DNA of 64,000 nt, taken from NCBI GenBank assembly GCA_965246715.1, contig CBDFFH010000054.1:12341-76340 (forward strand). The letters run 5' to 3'. Position 1 is the first letter of the stretch. Each line of letters starts with the position of its first letter. Shown here in pieces: positions 57,663 through 64,000 of this stretch. The stretch comes from Chamaesiphon sp. GTDB taxonomy: Bacteria; Cyanobacteriota; Cyanobacteriia; Cyanobacteriales; Chamaesiphonaceae. The notes beneath the pieces are model-generated. The model was not told the origin of the DNA. It made no database searches and saw only the letters and a list, made by a program, of their open reading frames with translations. A program made the translations under genes and the position numbers.

Positions 57663-59069
57663 TTACCCCATTAATTCCCGCACATCGGTAACTTTGCCCG
57701 TCACCGCTGCCGCGATTACCATCACTGGAGACATTAATAATGTCCGCCCCGATGAAGAACCTTGACGACCTTTGAAGTTACGATTGGAAGATGATGCACT
57801 CAATTGTCGTCCGACTAATTTGTCGGGATTCATCGCCAAGCACATCGAGCAACCAGCCTCACGCCATTCAAATCCGGCGTTTTTAAAAACCACGTCTAAC
57901 CCTTCGGCTTCGGCTTGTTTTTTCACCCGCTCGGAACCAGGGACGATAAAGGCTTTGACTCCGGTGGCGACTTGTTTTCCGGCGGCGAATTTGGCGGCTT
58001 CGCGTAAGTCGGTGATGCGTCCGTTGGTGCAGCTTCCGACGAAACAGACATCGACTTTGGTGCCGATAATTGGTGCGCCTGGAGCGAGATCCATATACTG
58101 GTAAGCTTCTTCGGCGATCGCGCGTTCGTCTACAGCCATTTGAGCTACAGTCGGGATGGGTTCGTCTACGCCGATACCTTGAGCGGGGGTAATACCCCAG
58201 GTGACTGTAGGGGCGATTTCAGCAGCATCGAAGACGACGACATCATCGTATTCAGCATTGGCATCGCTGCGGAGGCTTTCCCACCAAGCGATCGCTTTTT
58301 CCCAATCCGCGCCTTTGGGGGCAAAATCGCGCCCGTTGAGATAATCATAGGTGACTCGATCGGGATTGATATACCCACAGCGTGCGCCACCTTCGATCGC
58401 CATATTACAGACAGTCATTCGGGCTTCCATATCCATCCGATCGAATGTCGTGCCAGCGAACTCATAAGCATAGCCCACACCACCTTTGACACCGAGTTTG
58501 CGGATGATATATAGAATTACATCCTTGGCATATACACCCAATTGAAGGGTGCCATTGACTTCGATTTTACGGACTTTTAATTTACCCAAAGCCAGGGTTT
58601 GGGAGGCTAAAACATCGCGTACTTGAGAGGTGCCTATTCCGAACGCGATCGCACCAAATGCGCCGTGGGTAGAAGTGTGACTATCTCCACAAGCGATCGT
58701 CATTCCTGGCTGTGTTAGCCCCTGCTCTGGGGCAATTACATGGACGATCCCTTGGCTACCAGAACCGACGTTGTAGAATCTAATGCCATGCTCTTTGGTG
58801 TTATTTTCGAGATGTTGCATCATCTCTTCGGCGAGGCTGTCGGCAAGGGGGCGCGATTGGTCTTCGGTGGGTACGATATGATCGACGGTAGCGACGGTAC
58901 GTTCGGGATAAGGAACTTTCAATCCGCGATCGCGCATCATCGCAAAGGCTTGAGGGCTGGTGACTTCATGGATTAGGTGCAAGCCGATGAATAGTTGGGT
59001 TTGTCCCGATGGCAATGTGGTGACGGTATGTGCGTCCCAGACTCGATCGAATAAGGTGTTTTTACTCAT
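57663..59069 (-). CDS. leuC: 3-isopropylmalate dehydratase large subunit
   Basis: [47 protein letters not shown]. Confidence 0.97.
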   Translation of the reverse strand: MSKNTLFDRVWDAHTVTTLPSGQTQLFIGLHLIHEVTSPQAFAMMRDRGLKVPYPERTVATVDHIVPTEDQSRPLADSLAEEMMQHLENNTKEHGIRFYNVGSGSQGIVHVIAPEQGLTQPGMTIACGDSHTSTHGAFGAIAFGIGTSQVRDVLASQTLALGKLKVRKIEVNGTLQLGVYAKDVILYIIRKLGVKGGVGYAYEFAGTTFDRMDMEARMTVCNMAIEGGARCGYINPDRVTYDYLNGRDFAPKGADWEKAIAWWESLRSDANAEYDDVVVFDAAEIAPTVTWGITPAQGIGVDEPIPTVAQMAVDERAIAEEAYQYMDLAPGAPIIGTKVDVCFVGSCTNGRITDLREAAKFAAGKQVATGVKAFIVPGSERVKKQAEAEGLDVVFKNAGFEWREAGCSMCLAMNPDKLVGRQLSASSSNRNFKGRQGSSSGRTLLMSPVMVIAAAVTGKVTDVRELMG

Positions 59070-59102
59070 GATTTTAATTAGGGGATAGTGGATAGTTCGA
59101 GT

Positions 59103-59486
59103 TCAATTATCTTCGTTACTATCGATCGGTAGCGTTCTAGTCCGAATTCGATTTTTATCGAAGATAATGATGCTGCCCTGTTCTAGTAGTTCGGTGATAT
59201 TAGGCAAATTTAGCAATAGTATCGATAGTTGGGTTTGGGGAATATGTAAGATACCTCTCCTAAATAGAATTACAGATGGAAACCTCTCCGCTCTTAGTGC
59301 TAATAATGTTCCGAAATCTGTGTCAGCAGAAATCATCGTGCGTTGCTGTGCGATCGCTATATTGAATATATCAATATCAGGAGATGTACCCATGTTTACA
59401 TCGCGAACGTGAATCGCATCATATCCAGCTTCAACTAACCCAATTGCTATTTGAGGCGATAAAGCATTATCGATTAGAAATTTCAT
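59103..59486 (-). CDS. DUF5615 PIN-like protein (putative toxin)
   Basis: MKFLIDNALS, DAIHVRD, ISADTDFG; start overlaps the upstream stop (TAATG). Confidence 0.88.
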   Translation of the reverse strand: MKFLIDNALSPQIAIGLVEAGYDAIHVRDVNMGTSPDIDIFNIAIAQQRTMISADTDFGTLLALRAERFPSVILFRRGILHIPQTQLSILLLNLPNITELLEQGSIIIFDKNRIRTRTLPIDSNEDN

Positions 59487-59710
59487 TAACTTGCTAATGG
59501 TATCTCACCTTCTTGTAATAATCGAGCAGCATATAAAAGTGATTCTTTAATATCTGCTGATTCTAAATCTGGATAAGAGGTAAGAATATCTTGCTCTGTC
59601 ATTCCTTCCGCAACCATACCTACGACAGTAGCAACCGGAATTCTTAAACTTCTAATACAAGGCACTCCAGACATTTGACGTGAATCGACTGTAATTCTGG
59701 TGAATTTCAT
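59486..59710 (-). CDS. DUF433 protein (putative antitoxin)
   Basis: RITVD..MSGVPCIRSLRIPV, YPDLESADI...L.YAA. Confidence 0.9.
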   Translation of the reverse strand: MKFTRITVDSRQMSGVPCIRSLRIPVATVVGMVAEGMTEQDILTSYPDLESADIKESLLYAARLLQEGEIPLAS

Positions 59711-59744
59711 AACCTACTCTCCTTGATAAATATTTGTACCCACC

Positions 59745-60422
59745 TTACGCATTTTCTAACCGCTGGTAGACAATCCGAAATCGGCGGGGTGAATTTGGCT
59801 CTAACGTATCGATAAAATCTTCAAAAGATACTTGAGTCAATCCGGTAGTGGTAAATCTATTTAATTCATCTTGAGTGAGGGCAAACGGTGGTGAATTAGC
59901 AGCCTGATCTTCAGGATTTCGACCGCGACAGACGACTAATAATTTGCCGTTAAAAGCGACGAAATTACCGATCGCATCGATCGCAGTGGGGCGAATATTT
60001 GCCGGTAATGCTTGAATCGTATAAATCTCAACGACGAGATCGAAACTTAATTTCCAATCGACTGGAGCGGTAAATAAATCGACAACTTGATAATTTACCT
60101 GCGAGTCTGGGAATCTTTGATGACACCAATCGATCGCGGTTTGAGATAAATCGAATGCTGTTACATTAGCACCGAGTTTGGCAAGATATTCGGCATCGTC
60201 GCCCAAACCACAACCGACAACTAATACTCGTCGATCTTGCACGATTGCGTTAGATTTTTCGATCCAATCTGATAACCAATAATTCAATTCCCGCTCCGCC
60301 CACGGAATTGCATCTGGATTCCCGTTTGCTTCAGTATATAGAGTTTCAAACCAGCCAGTATAATCTCCCTGTTGATAGGATGCTTGTGATAGTTCACGAA
60401 CTCGCGAGCGAGAGTTAGTCAT
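59745..60422 (-). CDS. Class I SAM-dependent methyltransferase (TPMT-like)
   Basis: WFETLY, IPWA, LVVGCGLGDDAE, AFDLS. Confidence 0.88.
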   Translation of the reverse strand: MTNSRSRVRELSQASYQQGDYTGWFETLYTEANGNPDAIPWAERELNYWLSDWIEKSNAIVQDRRVLVVGCGLGDDAEYLAKLGANVTAFDLSQTAIDWCHQRFPDSQVNYQVVDLFTAPVDWKLSFDLVVEIYTIQALPANIRPTAIDAIGNFVAFNGKLLVVCRGRNPEDQAANSPPFALTQDELNRFTTTGLTQVSFEDFIDTLEPNSPRRFRIVYQRLENA

Positions 60423-60449
60423 AATTTTTATTTCCTAATAATATTTAAA

Positions 60450-61235
60450 CTAGCCATGAATGAAAAAATAGGTGGTCATAGCGATTGCTACGATCGATAC
60501 AAACTGTCGGATAACTCTTGATGGAATTTGACGGGAGAAGTCGGCGATAAAATAACCACCTAGCGCACCACCGATCGCCATTAAAATCGCCTGATGCCAA
60601 GCAATAATACCTGCAAATAGAAAAGGGAAGATCGCGATGCCATTAATACAAGTTCCTAGCCACGTCTTCAGAGCATTCATCGCATGAATATTTCTAATGT
60701 TGAAAAAGGTGAGACTTGCCAACATCAAAATCCCAATACCCGCGCCGAAGAATCCTCCATAAATTGCAACTACTAGTTGAATGATAACTAGATAAACTAG
60801 CGGTAGTGACTTGGGTGTATCGGTTCGATTGAAGGAGTGTAACCATTGTTTAAAAGATTCACCAAATATAAATACAACAGTTGCGAGTAATAATAAATAG
60901 GGAATTAACTTTTTAAAAACATCGGCAGATGTATACAGTAATAAAATCGAGCCGAGCAATCCACCAACTAGACTAACACTACTCAAAATTAGCATAGTTC
61001 TTCGATCGACATCCAAATCGCGACGGTAGGCACCTGCACTTGCCAAACTAGCGACCCACAGGGCAGTATTATTGGTAGCATTAGCCGCGATCGGGGATAC
61101 ACCCGTAAAGATAAGTGTCGGAAAGCTAATGAAACTACCGCCACCAGCCACAGCATTCAATCCGCCAGCAATAAATGCAGTCGCAAATAATAAGAAACCA
61201 TTGAGATATGTGAGTGGTGGCGGTGCGATCGGCAT
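60450..61235 (-). CDS. TauE/SafE family sulfite exporter-like membrane protein
   Basis: AGGLNAVAGGGSFISFP, ANATN, YGGFFGAGIG, NALK. Confidence 0.9.
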   Translation of the reverse strand: MPIAPPPLTYLNGFLLFATAFIAGGLNAVAGGGSFISFPTLIFTGVSPIAANATNNTALWVASLASAGAYRRDLDVDRRTMLILSSVSLVGGLLGSILLLYTSADVFKKLIPYLLLLATVVFIFGESFKQWLHSFNRTDTPKSLPLVYLVIIQLVVAIYGGFFGAGIGILMLASLTFFNIRNIHAMNALKTWLGTCINGIAIFPFLFAGIIAWHQAILMAIGGALGGYFIADFSRQIPSRVIRQFVSIVAIAMTTYFFIHG

Positions 61236-61243
61236 GATGTTAG

Positions 61244-61340
61244 AAATGCCTACGATTGAAATCGTGGCTATTGTTGCAAAGTCCGCCTTCGCGGACTAAT
61301 TAACATATTCAGTCCGCGAAGGCGGACTTTGCATTATGAG
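61244..61340. repeat. Internal core of the family A repeat without TIRs; empty module site
   Basis: GCCTACGATTGAAATCGTGGCTA...GCAAAGTCCGCCTTCGCGGACT...AGTCCGCGAAGGCGGACTTTGCA. Confidence 0.8.
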
Positions 61341-61379
61341 CTGAGTTTCTCGGTAACACACTTAATTATTAACCGTCAA

Positions 61380-62009
61380 TTAACTTGGTTTAATCCCAAT
61401 CAATAGAGCTAGTTCCAACCATTTCCAATAACAATCTACATCTGCAAATCCAATCTCCCGCAGATAGCCTAACTGAGTTTCAACATCGAGTAGTTTATTC
61501 GACGGGTCTTCATTTTCAGGCGTATAACCGATCTGGGTGAGAAACTGAATATGAATCTTTTGTGTGGGAGAGGCGACGTGTTCGAGATTGGCAAATATAC
61601 CGCCAGGAGTTAAAAGATTGAATATTTCCTCATATAAGGAACGTTTCCGATCGTGTGTAACGTGATGAATGGCAAAACTCGACACGATCGCATCAAATTT
61701 ACCGAGATCTGGTAATCGATCGTCTAAATTATGACTGATGACTTCGATCGACTTATCATCTTGAAATTTTACCTGTGCCTTTTCGAGCATAATTGGCGAA
61801 AAGTCTACAGCAACTCCGGTAGCTTGCGGTCGATCGATTTTTAACAGGGCTAGTAATCTCCCGTCGCCAGTTCCCAAATCAAGAATCCGCTGCGTATTTG
61901 TAGGGATATAGTCTAGCAATACAGCTTCGCCTTCAGTACGATGGGGAATGCTATCTGCTTTGGCTAGATACCCCAGTGCGTGTTCGGTTGTAGACCACAA
62001 ATTAACCAT
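61380..62009 (-). CDS. Class I SAM-dependent methyltransferase
   Basis: ILDLGTGDG, VDFS, FDAIVSSFAIHH, LTPGG; start 62009 or 62033. Confidence 0.9.
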   Translation of the reverse strand: MVNLWSTTEHALGYLAKADSIPHRTEGEAVLLDYIPTNTQRILDLGTGDGRLLALLKIDRPQATGVAVDFSPIMLEKAQVKFQDDKSIEVISHNLDDRLPDLGKFDAIVSSFAIHHVTHDRKRSLYEEIFNLLTPGGIFANLEHVASPTQKIHIQFLTQIGYTPENEDPSNKLLDVETQLGYLREIGFADVDCYWKWLELALLIGIKPS

Positions 62010-62273
62010 CTTGCATCTTTGTAACTGTGCCATGTCCCTACTATAGACAAGGCTGTTTGTGAATGTCCAATATCTGTTAATAGTTCGATCGATACTTTTA
62101 AAGTATCAAACAGTGAAAGTGTCGTGCTTGTTGATTCTTTCAATGTATGTTTTTGCACTTTGCCAAGCTTGTAATCTCCTAAAACCTAAAGCCTAAAGCC
62201 TCAAAACTTTTCACAAGGAGGCACTAGTACCTTAAAACTAATAAGATCCAATCTCGATCGTTATCTAAATAGC

Positions 62274-62978
62274 ATGAACTCTTTCACAACTCCACCAAGA
62301 TCGACTCCAGCAGACTATCCATCAGCCTCAGAGATTAAATGGTTTCGCACGCAATTATTTAAGTGGGGTGCAGCAAACGTTCGCGATTATCCGTGGCGTA
62401 GAACCACCGAACCATATCATCTCCTCGTTGCTGAGTCCTTGCTCCAGAAAACCGATGCTGATACAGTCGCGCCGATTTACGAGCTATTTTTAGAGCATTA
62501 TCCTACCCTCACAGATTTAGCCGCAGCCGAACTCGAAGATATCGCGAAAATTCTCGAACCATTGGGACTATTTTTTCGCGCTCAAAGGCTGCAAGATTGC
62601 GCACTAATAATCCTCAAGGACTATCAAGGCAAAGTACCCAAAGATCAGAAACAACTGCTGAAACTGCCAGGCATCGGCGACTATACCGCCCGCGCGATCG
62701 GTTCTCAAGCCTTTAACCAGCCTTTAGCCGTACTAGATGCGAATGTTGCCCGTATTTTCGAGCGGTTTTTCGGACTCCGAGGCGAACGCGTAAAATCTCG
62801 ATGTAAAATTCTGTGGGGTGCTGCGGATTTAATCGCACGAACAAAAGATGTGGGGAAATGGAACCTCGCACTGCTGGACTTTGGTGCATTGGTCTGCAAA
62901 GCACCGAAGCCGGATTGCGATCGATGTCCGCTAGCGATGAAGTGTCATTGGTTCGATCTCGAACTATCCAGCAGATAA
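62274..62978 (+). CDS. Short HhH-GPD DNA glycosylase with 4Fe-4S motif (MutY-like/Mig-like)
   Basis: RDYPWR, AESLLQKT, LPGIGDYTA, LDANV, CxxxxxxCxxCxxxxxC; no MutY C-terminal domain. Confidence 0.85.
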   Translation: MNSFTTPPRSTPADYPSASEIKWFRTQLFKWGAANVRDYPWRRTTEPYHLLVAESLLQKTDADTVAPIYELFLEHYPTLTDLAAAELEDIAKILEPLGLFFRAQRLQDCALIILKDYQGKVPKDQKQLLKLPGIGDYTARAIGSQAFNQPLAVLDANVARIFERFFGLRGERVKSRCKILWGAADLIARTKDVGKWNLALLDFGALVCKAPKPDCDRCPLAMKCHWFDLELSSR

Positions 62979-62979
62979 A

Positions 62980-64000
62980 TTAAAATCCGGAAATTGCCTC
63001 ATATAAATCTGGCAAATCATTTTCAATCAGGATCGTATCTTTGGGTTGGCGGTGTTCGGGACTGGTGAGGTATGCCAGCGCTGCATCGCGATTGGGAAAT
63101 TCCATCAAGCGATCGTCCGTCAATCCACCTTCCTTCAACCCGGCTTTGAGCGCCTCTTTATTTGTATCGCCAATTACCAGTACCAAATCGCAGATTCCCG
63201 CAGCTTTGAGAGCAACCTGGCGGTTCTCCTCGGTTTGTACGTCACCGAGTTCTACCATCCCTGGAGTCATTAAGATTTTGCGTCCGCCATCAAATACATC
63301 TAGTACTTCGAGTGCTGAGGCAAATCCGATCGGATTTGAGTTATATGAGTCGTCAAGGATGAAGCCATCGCCATTTTTCCGCAGATTGAGGCGGTTATTG
63401 GCGGGTTCGATATTGTAGATCGCCGCGATGACATAATCGGGATCTTTACCCAACGCACAAGCCATTGTAAATGCGCCGACGAGGTTGGAGAGCATCGGGA
63501 CACCGAGCATTTTGGTGAAGCCAGGATATGCTTTGCCTTGCCAATTAATTGTAAAAGTCGTACCTTCAGGAGTCGCCAGAATATCCGACATCCAGCAGTC
63601 GAGGTGGCCGATTTCTGGTTCTAAACCGTAGAGGAGCGTGGTGTCTTTTTTATGCTCTGTGGCCATTTTCCGCGCGCCAGGATTGTCACCATTGCAGACT
63701 AAAATCCCATCTTGCGGGATGGCTTGTGGTAGTTCGCATTTAGCTGTGTAGATATTTTCCGCACCACCAAAGCGTTCGAGGTGCATTACGCCGACGGCGG
63801 TTACTAATCCCGCATTTGGTGGGGTGAGCCGACATAATCTGGCGATCGATCCGATTTGATAGGCTCCCATCTCGATGATAGCGAGTTCCTGTTGGGGCTT
63901 GAGCTGTTCCCGAATCTGGCGAGTAATACCCATTTCGGTGTTGATACTGCCAGGTGTCCAAAAGGTGGGTTCGATCGCTTCTAAAATACTGCCCAAAATG
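62980..64000 (-). CDS. Mur ligase (MurF-like), 5' part beyond window edge
   Basis: SINTEMG, IEMGA, HLERFG, DDSYNSNP, GMVELG, ENDLPD. Confidence 0.85.
   Translation of the reverse strand, partial: ILGSILEAIEPTFWTPGSINTEMGITRQIREQLKPQQELAIIEMGAYQIGSIARLCRLTPPNAGLVTAVGVMHLERFGGAENIYTAKCELPQAIPQDGILVCNGDNPGARKMATEHKKDTTLLYGLEPEIGHLDCWMSDILATPEGTTFTINWQGKAYPGFTKMLGVPMLSNLVGAFTMACALGKDPDYVIAAIYNIEPANNRLNLRKNGDGFILDDSYNSNPIGFASALEVLDVFDGGRKILMTPGMVELGDVQTEENRQVALKAAGICDLVLVIGDTNKEALKAGLKEGGLTDDRLMEFPNRDAALAYLTSPEHRQPKDTILIENDLPDLYEAISGF

Noticed and set aside
1..64000. tRNA, rRNA, tmRNA (near smpB), SRP RNA (near ybaB) and TPP riboswitch (before thiE)
   Set aside because: None of their signature motifs were found by eye in the intergenic regions; a cmscan would be needed to exclude them fully.

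Overview
Chromosomal window from a cyanobacterium. Evidence: btpA, sqdX, a rimO-crhR pair, purC-omp85, a VKOR-Trx fusion, Uma2 endonucleases, pentapeptide-repeat proteins, heptamer STRR repeats and very frequent CGATCG sites. The many TCGATCGA/GCGATCGA variants suggest a Chamaesiphon-like genome (inference only). Most of the window is housekeeping: leuB, pilD, pgk, plsC, trpE, smpB, murC/murB, tmk, purC, thiE/thiS, leuC/leuD and a Mur ligase. I found no tRNA, rRNA, CRISPR array or transposase gene. The most striking signal is intergenic. MITE-like elements (some with 6-bp TAnnTA target duplications) carry REP-like palindromes, and these are invaded by a family of 47-50 bp elements. Those elements differ in sequence but share ends (TRTCTTG...CGC), a central GG(G/A)AAC loop and a covarying two-stem fold. 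Empty and filled target sites both occur in the window, the elements insert into each other, and 22-27 bp hairpins insert into them, giving up to five nested levels. Other points of interest: a pseudoknot candidate upstream of btpA; a VKOR/Trx/Trx/DsbA cluster with a recent chimeric duplication; a membrane pseudokinase with a 24-bp hairpin insertion and poly-Arg repeats; seven accessory genes between leuC and leuD, including a pentapeptide-NuiA-like fusion; a TftA homolog lacking its first Zn-ligand His; a short Mig-like mismatch glycosylase; and decayed AraC and DJ-1/PfpI pseudogenes. All family assignments come from motif recognition, not database searches.
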